Assembly (NCBI GenBank): GCA_964579145.1
Contig: CAZOGB010000006.1
Span: 3,003-67,002, forward strand
Reading direction: 5' to 3'
Length of the DNA: 64,000 bases
DNA from: an uncultured bacterium
GTDB lineage: Bacteria; Armatimonadota; HRBIN16
Below, in pieces: positions 1 through 10,129 of the stretch. The notes under the pieces were generated by a model. That model searched no databases. It was given only the letters and a program-made list of their open reading frames with translations, and was not told where the DNA came from. Positions within the stretch are counted from its first letter, which is position 1; each line of letters begins with the position of its first letter. The position numbers were made by a program, and so were the translations under genes.

Positions 1-339
1 TTCTCGAGTTGTGGCAAAGCGGGGGAGTACCTGGTAGGACTGCTGCGCTGGTGGCTGAATGCGCGACCGGAGACGGTTCGGAGGGTGACAGGCAGACGCG
101 ATGCCTGGCCCATCTGGGACGAAATCGTAACCTCCCACCTGCTGGGTTTGACCGAGACGGAGTCCCTGCCTCGCCCTTACCTGCACGATAGTCTGGACTT
201 TGATTTCGCGCCGCGCGACGGTCACCCCCAGCCAACGATCGGGTGGATTCGGGCGGTGCGCGCGGATGCGTTATGGCAGGACTTCATCCGTTGTTTGCGC
301 GATGCATACGAAGGAGAGCATAGCCAGCAGGGAGGCTGA
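1..339 (+). CDS. Hypothetical protein, C-terminal fragment (5' end lies outside the window)
   Basis: Frame 1 is open from nt 1 to the TGA at 337-339 and translates to ...RDAYEGEHSQQGG*. No family was recognised. Confidence 0.35.
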   Translation, partial: FSSCGKAGEYLVGLLRWWLNARPETVRRVTGRRDAWPIWDEIVTSHLLGLTETESLPRPYLHDSLDFDFAPRDGHPQPTIGWIRAVRADALWQDFIRCLRDAYEGEHSQQGG

Positions 340-2233
340 TTGGCGCGTTTCGGGGGAGGCGTCCGCTCATGATACCGACAAAGGGCGGCTCCCCCGCTGG
401 ATCGTTGTTGCCCTGCTGAGTGTGCTGATTGCCCCAATCGTCTGCATCTGGACCTTCCGCAGTGAGATACTGTACCGCTCGGCGGACCTGGCTTCCAGCT
501 CTCTGCCCGTCGCGGCGGTGGTGTTCCTGCTCTTTCTCCTGCTGGTGCGCCGCCTCGTGCCCGCGCTGGGCAGACGGGAGGTATTGTGGCTATACGCGGT
601 GGTGGCGGGTACGGTGGGCATCTCCACCATGGGCATGGTGCAGTTTCTGGTGACGACGCTGGTAGCCCCTTTCTGGTTTGCCTCTGCGGGCAATCGCTGG
701 CAAGAGTTCTGGGCGCATATCCCGGCGTGGGCAGCGCCGCGCTCGCCAGAGGTGGTGAAAGGCTTCTTCGTGGGGCAGTCCAGCCTCTACTATCCGCAGG
801 TGTGGAGGGAGTGGCTGGTGCCGATCCTGGTATGGACGGGCTTCATCGGCGCGCTGCTGATGGCGCAGTTCTGCCTGGCGCGAGTCTTTTACGTGCACTG
901 GTCACAACGCGAGAAACTCACCTTCCCCATGCTTCAGCTGCCGCTGGTGCTGACCTCCCGGCGGTCGGGCGGAAGACCGTTGCTGTGGGCAGGCATCGCC
1001 CTCGCCGCAGGGGTGCAGACGTTGAACGCCCTGCACTATATGGTGCCTTCCGTGCCTGAGCTGCGCGTGCTCCCCACCGAGATTGGCAGCCGGCTTCCCC
1101 CGCCATGGAACGGCATCGGCACACTGTATCTGACCTTTTATCCCAGCGTTATCGGACTGTTTGCGCTCGTGCCGACGGGCATCCTGGTCTCCTGTGCCTT
1201 CTTCTTCGCGCTGGTGAAGGGCGAAAACCTGCTGGCAGGATGGTGGGGGCTGGGTGAAGCGGGTGGAGGCGGCTCAGGCTTCCCATACGCTGGGGAGCAG
1301 GCGCAGGGGGCGATTGTGGCGTTTGCGCTGGTGGTGGCGTGGTCGGCGCGAGGGCGGATCGGCGAGTCGTGGCGCAACCCGGGGGAACGGGTGTGGTGGC
1401 TGGTGTTTGCCGGTGCGTTTGCCGTGCTGGTCGGCTTCGGGACTGCGCTGGGATTACGGGTGGCTGCGGCGGTGGTGCTGTTTGCGGTCTTTTTCCTGTG
1501 CATGGTCAGCATCGGCTGGCTTCGGGCAGCGCTGGGTCCCATCTGGAACCCGGGCAACGACGTCGCGTGGTGGACTGGTGCGCTGGTGCGCTCGCCGATG
1601 CCCCTGTCTGAAGGCGTCGGGCTGGCGTACCTGCGATGGTTCTCATTCGGCGACTTTCGCGCACACGCCCTGCCCACCTATTCGGAGATGCTGAACCTTG
1701 CCGATACGGTGGGCATCCCCCGAAAGCCTTTTCTGACGTCGCTCGGTATTGCATCCTTATTGAGTATCCTCGCCAGCCTGTGGATCGCGCTGGATGTCTA
1801 TTACCGTTATGGTGCCGCCTCGGCGGTGACCGACCAGTGGCGCACCTACCAGGGCAGGCTGGCTTTTGACATTCTGCGCTCGCAGGTGGACGGTTTATCG
1901 CCTCAGCCGGGCGGGGCGCAACTGCTGGCGGCTGGATGGGGGGCGCTGCTGGTGATGCTGTTGCACATGGCGAGGAGGCAGTTTCTGTGGTTTCCCCTGC
2001 ATCCGGGCGGTTTCGTGATGGCGCAGAGCGGTGCGCTGGAATGGATGTGGCTGCCCATCGTGATTGCGGGCATCGCCAAGTCGCTTGTGCTGAGGGCGGG
2101 TGGGCTGCGGCTGTATGAGAGGGCGGTTCCGTTCTTCGTGGGGCTAATCGTGGGCGATTACGCGGTGTGCGGGGTGCTCGCGCTGGCAAGCTGGCTGTTC
2201 CGTATACCGCTCTACAAACCGTTTCCGGTGTGA
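302..2233 (+). CDS. Large polytopic membrane protein (paralog A of the protein at 24561..26492)
   Basis: A ~640-aa ORF with many hydrophobic helices. It shares motif blocks with the second copy: ERL(T/A)FP..QLPL, HPGGF/HPVGF and a conserved C-terminal segment FF(V/L)GLIVG(D/Q)Y. The only in-frame ATGs are at 266 and 302, so the gene overlaps the upstream gene end and the start is uncertain. Confidence 0.55.
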   Translation: MHTKESIASREADWRVSGEASAHDTDKGRLPRWIVVALLSVLIAPIVCIWTFRSEILYRSADLASSSLPVAAVVFLLFLLLVRRLVPALGRREVLWLYAVVAGTVGISTMGMVQFLVTTLVAPFWFASAGNRWQEFWAHIPAWAAPRSPEVVKGFFVGQSSLYYPQVWREWLVPILVWTGFIGALLMAQFCLARVFYVHWSQREKLTFPMLQLPLVLTSRRSGGRPLLWAGIALAAGVQTLNALHYMVPSVPELRVLPTEIGSRLPPPWNGIGTLYLTFYPSVIGLFALVPTGILVSCAFFFALVKGENLLAGWWGLGEAGGGGSGFPYAGEQAQGAIVAFALVVAWSARGRIGESWRNPGERVWWLVFAGAFAVLVGFGTALGLRVAAAVVLFAVFFLCMVSIGWLRAALGPIWNPGNDVAWWTGALVRSPMPLSEGVGLAYLRWFSFGDFRAHALPTYSEMLNLADTVGIPRKPFLTSLGIASLLSILASLWIALDVYYRYGAASAVTDQWRTYQGRLAFDILRSQVDGLSPQPGGAQLLAAGWGALLVMLLHMARRQFLWFPLHPGGFVMAQSGALEWMWLPIVIAGIAKSLVLRAGGLRLYERAVPFFVGLIVGDYAVCGVLALASWLFRIPLYKPFPV

Positions 2234-2243
2234 GGACACGCAT

Positions 2244-5039
2244 ATGGCAGATTTGTTTCCCCGTTTGCTTCATCCCGCTTACTGGTGCTGGCAGAATCAG
2301 CCAGCGGAGATGCTGGGGTGCTGGCACTGGACGGGAGCGGAAGACCTCAGCGAAGCGGTGCGCCGCACAGGAGCCAATGCCACCTCTCTGCACCTGCCTC
2401 TGCACCTGCTGAAGGACGAACGCGCTCGCTATGGTGTGCGTCCCTTGCCTGCGCCCCTGCAAATAGCCACCCCGCGCACAGGGGAGATAGAGTTTGATGC
2501 GCCTGCGGGATTGACTATGGTCTCCCTGCTGGTGACTACTTCCAATTCGCACGCGGTGGCAGAGGCGCAGCTATTCGCCGTCAAACCGGTTCGCGAGCGC
2601 ACGCCCCTGGCTCAGGCGCAGACGGAACCGCGTACTCAGCCTCACATCGTGCTGAAACTCGCAAAGCCTCTGCCTGCGGGAACGTATCGGGTGCATGTTC
2701 GGGTGCGGAGGTCGCACGCGCACGTCTGGCTGGCTCCGGCGACGCAGGAGGGTATCCTGTTCAGGGTGGGGTCTGTGACTCTTCGCGGCTGGGGTGTGGA
2801 TGGCACGTGGCGCGACGCACAGGGCAAGGAACATCCGTTTGTACGCGCCCACCGCCACGATACCCCCGTGCCGCTGGGAACCTCGCCCTTTGTGACGCTG
2901 GCACGGCTGGAGGTGGACGCTGGCGCAGGCATCGGTGAGCATAACAACGCCTTCTTCGTCGCCTACCCCGAATGGTTCTGGCAGATGCATCCGCAATCCG
3001 CGATGCGCGACCGCGACGGCAACCCCATTCGCGCTGGAGAGAACCCCTGGCCCGCTATGGATGATGCCGTGCTGACCGATGCCACGATACGGCAGATGCA
3101 TGAGGCGGTTCCCCTGCTCCGAAAGCAGAAGCGCGTGCGCTACTGGGTGCTTGGCGGCGAGCAGGGCTATCCCGACTACTTCGGCTTGCCAGAAGGCGAC
3201 TTTCGCCCGGAGTTTCTCGCCCATTACCGCGCATGGGTGGAGAGATGTACACCACGTGAGCGCGAAGAGACCGCCCGCTGGCGACGATTCCGCGAATCTG
3301 CGATGGCGGAGCGGTTCGCGCTGTATACGACGACCCTGCGTGCGTTGGATGCCACACGCCCCATCTTTATCCCCACGCACGGCAACCCCTTCGCGCTGGA
3401 CTTCCGCGTCAAAATGGGCTTCCCTATAGCCGACCTGGCGGGCGTGGCAGACGGCTTCGAAGCAGGTCCCATCTCCATTGACGACGACACAGAGCGATTG
3501 CACCGCCTGACGCTGGACCTGCAGAGCAGTTTCGGCGTATTGGTGGTGGCGCCTCGTCTGGCAAACAAGCAGTTAGACCTCCAGGCACGCGGCGGCGGCA
3601 GGAGCTTTTCTCCCAAGTCAGCGCGGCGGGCGGTGTATGAGGCGATAGGGATGGGCGTGTGGCACATTGGGCTGGTGCAGTGGCGCGGCGACCTGCCTGA
3701 TGGCGAATGGGGAATCAGGGACACTCCCGCCGAGGCGGAGTGCCGTCGCCTTTTCGAGGAGGTGAAGCGAACCTCGCCGTGGCTGGAGGGGTGTTCCCGG
3801 TTACATCCGCAGGTGGGCATCTACCTTGCTGACGCTACGTGGAGGCGCTGGTGGCAGGACCGCTGGACGCTGTTGTATGACCTTGCCTGCTCGCGAGGCT
3901 GGAACACGCTGTTTGTGCACTCTGCCCGCTGCGATGCCGAGCTGGCGCAGGACGTACCGGTGCTTCTCAGCGTGGACAATCCTATCGTAGACAGGCAGGC
4001 GCATCAGGCGCTGGGCGAGTATCTGCAGGCAGGAGGCAGGATAGTAGCAGTCGGTGCGCTGGGGGTTCAGGACGAGGCGGGCGAGGAATTGCCCGACCTG
4101 CCGGATGGAGTAACCCGCTTGCCCGATGACGCGCCCGGCTCGCCGGTTAAGGTGGTCCATCAAACCTCTACCAACAGGGGCGCGGCTACATGGTCCGCGA
4201 AAGTGCGTCCGCTACCTGCCGCGGGGATAGAGGAGCACCTCGAGCGGATGGCGTTACTGCGCCCTGTGATAGCGAACGATGCGGGGGGCAGGGAATGGGC
4301 GGAGGGCGTGGAGTGTCTGCCTCTGACGGATGGCACGAACCTGCTGGTGGTGCTTCTGAATCGCAGCGGTTCCCCTCGTAATGTGCAGGTAGCGATTGCG
4401 CCTCGTCTACTGGAGGGGGAACAGACCGGTTACCGCCTGCGCGATGCGGTGGATGGACGGGTTCTGGCGGGTGAGCTTCCTGCACGGGTGGATTTGCCGG
4501 CGCATGGAACCCGCCTGCTGGTGATAGAGCGGGTGGTAACCCCAGCGCAATGCGAAAAGGAGATGGAGAGCGCACAGCAGTGCCTCACCCGATGGCGTGC
4601 GGTGGGAGTGGACACATCTGTGATGGAGAGACATCTGCTCTCCGCACGCCGGCATCTCTCCGCACAGCGTCCCTCCAAAGCGTTCGCTCTGGCTCACACG
4701 GTCACTTCAAGCCTTGCGATTGTCGGCAAAGCCCGGCGCGAGGGAAACACTCTGCGGATACAGGCAACAGTCTGGCAGGTTGATGGCAAACCTGCCGAGG
4801 AAGTGCAGATTCGGGTGCGGGTGGTACCCGGCGCGTTCCGCTGGTGGAGGATGGAGCACGAGGGCAAAGGTTCCTTCTCTCTTATCGTGCGCGAGGATGC
4901 CCTGCCGCATTACTACCATCCGGCAGAGGCGAGGTACACGACCGCAGAGCGAGGGTGGACACTTGTGTTCGAGGCGCGTCTGGGTGCGTTGCGCGGCGGT
5001 CTCTGCTGGATCCCGGGTTCTCCATCAGGATACAGGTAA
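2244..5039 (+). CDS. Hypothetical 931-aa protein, possibly glycoside-hydrolase-like (the C-terminal region resembles the GH42-type trimerisation/class-I glutamine amidotransferase fold)
   Basis: ATG at 2244 lies 10 nt after the upstream stop with a GAGGA Shine-Dalgarno, suggesting co-transcription with the membrane protein. The segment GGRIVAVGALGVQDEAGEELPDLPDG is reminiscent of a GH42 trimerisation domain. The family assignment is weak. Confidence 0.55.
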   Translation: MADLFPRLLHPAYWCWQNQPAEMLGCWHWTGAEDLSEAVRRTGANATSLHLPLHLLKDERARYGVRPLPAPLQIATPRTGEIEFDAPAGLTMVSLLVTTSNSHAVAEAQLFAVKPVRERTPLAQAQTEPRTQPHIVLKLAKPLPAGTYRVHVRVRRSHAHVWLAPATQEGILFRVGSVTLRGWGVDGTWRDAQGKEHPFVRAHRHDTPVPLGTSPFVTLARLEVDAGAGIGEHNNAFFVAYPEWFWQMHPQSAMRDRDGNPIRAGENPWPAMDDAVLTDATIRQMHEAVPLLRKQKRVRYWVLGGEQGYPDYFGLPEGDFRPEFLAHYRAWVERCTPREREETARWRRFRESAMAERFALYTTTLRALDATRPIFIPTHGNPFALDFRVKMGFPIADLAGVADGFEAGPISIDDDTERLHRLTLDLQSSFGVLVVAPRLANKQLDLQARGGGRSFSPKSARRAVYEAIGMGVWHIGLVQWRGDLPDGEWGIRDTPAEAECRRLFEEVKRTSPWLEGCSRLHPQVGIYLADATWRRWWQDRWTLLYDLACSRGWNTLFVHSARCDAELAQDVPVLLSVDNPIVDRQAHQALGEYLQAGGRIVAVGALGVQDEAGEELPDLPDGVTRLPDDAPGSPVKVVHQTSTNRGAATWSAKVRPLPAAGIEEHLERMALLRPVIANDAGGREWAEGVECLPLTDGTNLLVVLLNRSGSPRNVQVAIAPRLLEGEQTGYRLRDAVDGRVLAGELPARVDLPAHGTRLLVIERVVTPAQCEKEMESAQQCLTRWRAVGVDTSVMERHLLSARRHLSAQRPSKAFALAHTVTSSLAIVGKARREGNTLRIQATVWQVDGKPAEEVQIRVRVVPGAFRWWRMEHEGKGSFSLIVREDALPHYYHPAEARYTTAERGWTLVFEARLGALRGGLCWIPGSPSGYR

Positions 5040-5110
5040 TTTTGCCGTGTAAAATGCCCTTCGGTCTGCCAACAATGTTCATAGTAAACCGTGTGAGGAA
5101 CGTGCTGGTC

Positions 5111-5335
5111 ATGCGTGGTCGCAGATGGACACCATTATTATTTCCTCGAAGCTGGCAGGTGGTTGTGGTAGAGGTGCCAGCTGACCAGATTGACCACATC
5201 TCGCGCCGGAACCAGCAGATATGGCGGCAGCTGATGCACATTGACCCCGAACTGGCGCGAGAGGTGGAGCCGTTCCTGAACTTCTGCCTCGCCAACGGCA
5301 ACGGTTCGGACAAGACCGCTCATAGCACACTGTAG
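5111..5335 (+). CDS. Possible small hypothetical protein (74 aa)
   Basis: ATG at 5111 with GAGGAA 12 nt upstream. It runs to the TAG at 5333-5335 and overlaps the priA 3' end convergently by 15 nt. No family was recognised. Confidence 0.2.
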   Translation: MRGRRWTPLLFPRSWQVVVVEVPADQIDHISRRNQQIWRQLMHIDPELAREVEPFLNFCLANGNGSDKTAHSTL

Positions 5336-7806
5336 GGGTCTACGTCTACCTGCAGTGTCCCCCCCTTCGGCGGGTGAAAACCGCTCAGCGCACCACGAAG
5401 CAGGTCGGGTAGTGCCTCCTGCTGGTAACACTTCACCAGACAGTGCCATCGCCACAAGCCGCGCAGTCGCGCAATGGGAGCCTGCACCGGTCCCAGCACC
5501 TCCGCATCCACACCTGCCGCCTCTATCTCCCGACGTATCCTTTCCGCTGCCTGCCGACACAGCTCTTCTGCCTTCGGCTCCTCGGGGTGGGTTGCCAGCA
5601 CGTTTGCCAGCCTGGAGAAGGGCGGATAGCGCAGCTCCTCCCGGTGGGCGATTTCGCGCTCGTAGAACTGAAGGTAGTCATGGGTGGATGCCGTCTGTAT
5701 CGCCTCGTGTTCGGGGTTGAATGTTTGCACCACCACTTCGCCCGGCTGGTGTGACCGTCCTGCCCTGCCTGCCACCTGCGTTAGCAGCTGGAACGCCCGT
5801 TCGGCGGCGCGGAAGTCGGGAATGTGCAGGGCGGTATCTGCGCTGACCACTCCTACCAGGGTTACTTTCGGGAAGTCCAGCCCTTTCGCCACCATCTGCG
5901 TGCCGATGAGCACGTCCGCCTCGTGCGCGCGGAACCGGGCAAGCAGGACATGGTGCGCCCCCTTGCGCGAGGTGGTGTCTCGGTCCATCCGAAGCAGGCG
6001 TGCTTCGGGAAACAGCCTCTGCACCTCTTCCTCCACGCGCTGTGTGCCCAGCCCGAAGGGAAGGATCTGTGTCGCTCCGCAGGAAGGACATCGCACCGGC
6101 ACGCTCTGGCGATAATCGCAGTGATGACAGCGCAGGGAGCCGTCCACCTTGTGGTAGGACAGAGATACCTCACACCGCAGGCATTTCACCACGTGACCGC
6201 ATTTCCGGCACATGACAAAAGAGGCGTACGCCCTGCGGTTGAGGAACAGGATGACCTGCTCGCCGCGCTTCAGTCGCTCGGCGATGGCTTCCGCCATCTG
6301 CTGGCTGAACACTCCTCCCTGCGCGCGCGGCGCCTCGCGCATGTCCACAATCTGCACAGTCGGCAGGGGGCGCCCCTCCACGCGAGTGGGCAGATGAAGC
6401 AGAGTATGCAGACCCTGCGTTGCCGCATAGAAGGTCTCCACTGATGGGGTGGCACTGCCCATCAGCAGAACTGCTCCCTCGCGCATGGCTCGCTGAAGGG
6501 CAACGGCGCGGGCATGGTAGCGTGGCGCGTGCTCCTGCTGTTTGTATGCGCCCTCGTGCTCCTCGTCTATCACAATCAAGCCAAGGTTATCTAACGGTGC
6601 AAACACGGCCGAGCGTGCGCCTACCACCACCCGTGCCCGCTGTTCTCGCGCCCTGCGCCACTCGTCAAACCGCTCACCGGCGGAGAGGGCGCTGTGCAGA
6701 ACCGCCACCAGATTGCCAAATCGTGACCTGACCGCTTCCACCACCTGCGCCGCGAGCGCGATTTCCGGCACCAGTATCAGCGCACTGCGCCCGCGAGAGA
6801 GCGTCATCGCCACCGCACGCAGGTACACCTCGGTCTTGCCGCTGCCCGTGACGCCGAACAGCAGGAAGCTGCGGTGCTCGTGTGACTCTATCGCTTCTCC
6901 AATGGCGTGCAGACAGCGTTCCTGGTCGGAGGTTACCTGCAGGTCAACGTCCACAACGGGCTTCCCCGTCCGCCCGAACGGCGAGCGGTACACGGGCGCG
7001 TCCACAATATCCACCACCCCGCGAGTCTGCAGGCTCTTCAGTGCGCTGGCAGACACTGCTACCTGATGCAGGAGTTCCGCCATCGGAAGCATCTCCTCTT
7101 CTGCCACCGCCAGCGCACGGAGCAGTGCCGCCTGTGCCGGGGCACGCGATGCACATGCATCTGCCAGCGATTGCGCCTGTTCCGGCGAGATGTTCAGGCG
7201 AACATGCTTCAGGGTGCGAACCCTGGCAGAGGCGGACTCCAGCACGTTTTTCCCTTCCACCAGCCCGCGGCGCTTCAGGCGATACAGCGCGGTGTTAAAA
7301 AGGGTCGCTCCCAGCCGCGCTTTCGCCGAGGCCTCCGGCATCTGTCCGCCCGCCTCCTGAAGCAGTTCCAGCAGACGACGCTCGGGGGCATTTGGGGGAA
7401 GCTCCCACAGCTCCTGCTGATGCACCAGCGGAGTCAGGCGAAGCACCCGCTGTACATGCGCCACCATCTCGGTGGGGGCGAGCAGTCGCACCGCTGCGGA
7501 CAGCCCGCACTGATATTCGCGTGCCAGCCACTCTGCCAGCGCGAGGCGTCCCTCGTCAATAGGAAGGGCGCCCTCCACCACGTCAGCGACAGGCTTCAGA
7601 CTCTTTGCCTCGCGAGCGTCCGCCAGATACCGCCGCACCACGTAACCCAGCACCTCCTGCCCGCTGAACGGCACGAGCACGCAACTGCCCACCTGCACCT
7701 GCGCCTCCAGCGTGCGCGGCAGAAGATACGTGAACATCTCCTGCAGGCTTGCAGGCAGGTCTACCACCACGTCCACCACCAGTTGTCCGAGCTCGCCAGC
7801 GTTCAA
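5320..7806 (-). CDS. priA: Primosomal protein N' (replication restart helicase PriA)
   Basis: Walker A LLFGVTGSGKTEVYL and DEEH helicase motifs, plus a C-terminal Cys4 zinc ribbon (CRKCGHVVKCLRC...CHHCDYRQSVPVRCPSCG). The 828-aa length is typical for PriA. Confidence 0.9.
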   Translation of the reverse strand: MNAGELGQLVVDVVVDLPASLQEMFTYLLPRTLEAQVQVGSCVLVPFSGQEVLGYVVRRYLADAREAKSLKPVADVVEGALPIDEGRLALAEWLAREYQCGLSAAVRLLAPTEMVAHVQRVLRLTPLVHQQELWELPPNAPERRLLELLQEAGGQMPEASAKARLGATLFNTALYRLKRRGLVEGKNVLESASARVRTLKHVRLNISPEQAQSLADACASRAPAQAALLRALAVAEEEMLPMAELLHQVAVSASALKSLQTRGVVDIVDAPVYRSPFGRTGKPVVDVDLQVTSDQERCLHAIGEAIESHEHRSFLLFGVTGSGKTEVYLRAVAMTLSRGRSALILVPEIALAAQVVEAVRSRFGNLVAVLHSALSAGERFDEWRRAREQRARVVVGARSAVFAPLDNLGLIVIDEEHEGAYKQQEHAPRYHARAVALQRAMREGAVLLMGSATPSVETFYAATQGLHTLLHLPTRVEGRPLPTVQIVDMREAPRAQGGVFSQQMAEAIAERLKRGEQVILFLNRRAYASFVMCRKCGHVVKCLRCEVSLSYHKVDGSLRCHHCDYRQSVPVRCPSCGATQILPFGLGTQRVEEEVQRLFPEARLLRMDRDTTSRKGAHHVLLARFRAHEADVLIGTQMVAKGLDFPKVTLVGVVSADTALHIPDFRAAERAFQLLTQVAGRAGRSHQPGEVVVQTFNPEHEAIQTASTHDYLQFYEREIAHREELRYPPFSRLANVLATHPEEPKAEELCRQAAERIRREIEAAGVDAEVLGPVQAPIARLRGLWRWHCLVKCYQQEALPDLLRGALSGFHPPKGGTLQVDVDPYSVL

Positions 7807-7932
7807 CGCCTCTCCTCACACGCAAATGCTCTGGCTTATTGTATCCCATCTCTGCCCCGAAGCAAAGGGCTGGTTCGGTGTAATGCATTCGGTGCAAAAA
7901 GCGTCTATAATAATGGTGAGAGGAGGAGAGGG

Positions 7933-9936
7933 ATGCGAGCCAAAATCCTTCTGACATCGCTCATACTCGGTATAGCAATGCTCATGCCGTTTTCGGCGGC
8001 GCAGGCGTCGGCGCAAGCGCCTGCGGCGCTGTCGGGAGCGGATTCGTCGCATCTCGCCTACACCGACGTATTCATGGGGCGCAATACGCGCGGACCTTAC
8101 CTGCTCTCGTGGAAGGGAGTGCGTCCGCGAAGCGAGCGTGTGGTGGTGGACGGGCGGACCCTGCGCCGCGATGAGGAGTACACCGTAGACTATAACGCCG
8201 GCACGCTGGTCTTCAACCAGCCTCTGCGCAATGGCAGTATGGCGCAGGTCACCTACGAGGTAGACCCCAAAACCGCTCAGCGCAACCCGCAAACTCTGCA
8301 GCTGCCGCTGGATATGGAACTGCTGAACGCGGCGCGCGGCAAACTCGCGCTGACGGGCAGCTACACGGCGCCACTGGGGCAGACGGGCAAGGAGACCACC
8401 CTGCTGGGGCTGACGGGCGAACTCCTGCCGGCGGGAAGCACCCAGATTTCTGCTACCTTCCTGACCGACGTCAACGCCCGGGCACGGCTGGAGGAGAAGA
8501 GCGGGGTACGCCTGCAGGCGACCTCCAAAAGCGACCTCGCCGAATGGACGCTGAGCTATCTGCATACGGGGCGCGCCTTCTCGGGCGCACCGGCGTGGAA
8601 GGTCAAACCCGATACCGAATCTTTCGGCTCCACGTTGAAGATAATGCTGGGTCAGCGATTGAACGTGTCGCTGGGCTACCAGCAGAGCGAAATGGGTGGA
8701 GCGCAGGCAGGCTCGACCTCTGCATCGCTGGCGTATAGCCTCTCGGAAGGCGTGCGTGCGGTAGTGTCCTACCTGAACCAGGAGAACCTGCTGGCGACCG
8801 TCACCACCACCTCAGCGGGCTTGAACGTGCAAAAGGGTGCCATCATCGCGGGCATTGAACGACGCATTCAGGAACAGCAGGGCGTTTTGCAGGGGCGTTC
8901 GGAGGTCACCACTGACCGTCTGACCGCGCAGGTGAACCTGGCGCCCAGCACGCAGGCGCAGGCGCTCTTAGAACAACAGCAAATCGCGGGGGCGCAGGGC
9001 ACGCTGGAGAAGTCCATCGCCTCGCTGGGCGTTACCACCTCGCCGTTGAAGTCGGTTCAACTGCGCACCGGCATTCGCTACGATGAGGTCGGCGCGAAAC
9101 AGCAGACGGAGCTGAGCCTGGGGCTGGAAGCGAAGCCATCATCGGCATACCGCCTGCTGGGCAATTACGTCCAGCGTGAGGGCGAGCTGGGCGAGCGCAC
9201 CACCGCCTCCAACGTGCGTGTGGTGACCAGCCCCAATCGGCTGCTGCAGGTCGAGACAGGTGCGTCGCTGGAGACGATTGGCGAACAGACGTCGTTGAAA
9301 CAGGATGTCCTGCTGGCCCTTCAGCCGCTTCAGGGTTTTCGTCTGGAAACGGGCTTGCAGGGGCAGTACGCGGGTGAGCAGGAAGGCTACGTGCGCACGC
9401 TGAGGGCGCAGCTGTCGCCCAGCCGCACGTGGCGATTGGAAGCCACCCATCGCCTGCGCCTGCTGGAGGGTAACGTCCCGCCGGAGACGTGGAACGTTAC
9501 GCTCAGCGTGGCTCCGTCTTCCTCCCTCAGCCTGACGGGCAGCTACACGCGCAATCCCGAAGATAACAAGGGCAACATCAAACAGCAGGAGCAGGCAGAC
9601 CTGAAGGTGCAGGCGCAGATGGACGCGCTGACCCTGCAGGGCAGTGTGGGCTTGCGGCGTGACCTGCTCAGCAACACCGGTATCACCCTCGCGGACATCG
9701 CGCTGGTGTATCGCCTCTCGCCGCTGGCGCAGGTGTTCACCGGCTACCGTCTGAATCGCCAGCAGACCACCAGCGAACTTGCTGCACACACCTACCGGCT
9801 GGGCTATCGCTATGCGTTCAGCGACGTGCTGAACATCAGCCTGGAGGGCAGGATGACCACCTATCAGCGCGACCGCATCTTCCAGCCCAACCAGACCGAG
9901 TACGAAGCCAGTCTGAAGCTGGGCGTGAGGTTCTAA
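7933..9936 (+). CDS. Secreted outer-membrane-like beta-barrel protein
   Basis: ATG at 7933 is preceded by AGGAGGAGAGGG. The N-terminal signal peptide is MRAKILLTSLILGIAMLMPFSAAQASA. The sequence alternates hydrophobic and polar residues throughout, and the C-terminus ...KLGVRF ends in an aromatic residue, as outer-membrane beta-barrels do. The listed ORF start at 6907 is rejected because that N-terminus is antisense to priA. Confidence 0.6.
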   Translation: MRAKILLTSLILGIAMLMPFSAAQASAQAPAALSGADSSHLAYTDVFMGRNTRGPYLLSWKGVRPRSERVVVDGRTLRRDEEYTVDYNAGTLVFNQPLRNGSMAQVTYEVDPKTAQRNPQTLQLPLDMELLNAARGKLALTGSYTAPLGQTGKETTLLGLTGELLPAGSTQISATFLTDVNARARLEEKSGVRLQATSKSDLAEWTLSYLHTGRAFSGAPAWKVKPDTESFGSTLKIMLGQRLNVSLGYQQSEMGGAQAGSTSASLAYSLSEGVRAVVSYLNQENLLATVTTTSAGLNVQKGAIIAGIERRIQEQQGVLQGRSEVTTDRLTAQVNLAPSTQAQALLEQQQIAGAQGTLEKSIASLGVTTSPLKSVQLRTGIRYDEVGAKQQTELSLGLEAKPSSAYRLLGNYVQREGELGERTTASNVRVVTSPNRLLQVETGASLETIGEQTSLKQDVLLALQPLQGFRLETGLQGQYAGEQEGYVRTLRAQLSPSRTWRLEATHRLRLLEGNVPPETWNVTLSVAPSSSLSLTGSYTRNPEDNKGNIKQQEQADLKVQAQMDALTLQGSVGLRRDLLSNTGITLADIALVYRLSPLAQVFTGYRLNRQQTTSELAAHTYRLGYRYAFSDVLNISLEGRMTTYQRDRIFQPNQTEYEASLKLGVRF

Positions 9937-10129
9937 GTCCCCGCCTGGCAGACGGGCATCCTCCACGTTAAAATCACCGCAGGGCTACGCATTTACGCTT
10001 GTCACCCTGGGCGGGCGAAGGAAATCAGGCTGCTTTGCCCGGTCAACGGCGCAGCTTTCGTTACAGGTAACAGCGATAGGATGGGCGAAGTAAGAAAAGG
10101 AAATCTATCTGACATGAGAGGATTGCGCT

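Noticed and set aside
6907-7932. N-terminal 342 codons of the listed 1009-aa ORF (6907..9936) running antisense through priA
   Set aside because: That segment has no signal peptide and is the mirror of the priA coding sequence. A strong AGGAGG Shine-Dalgarno precedes the ATG at 7933, which begins a canonical signal peptide.
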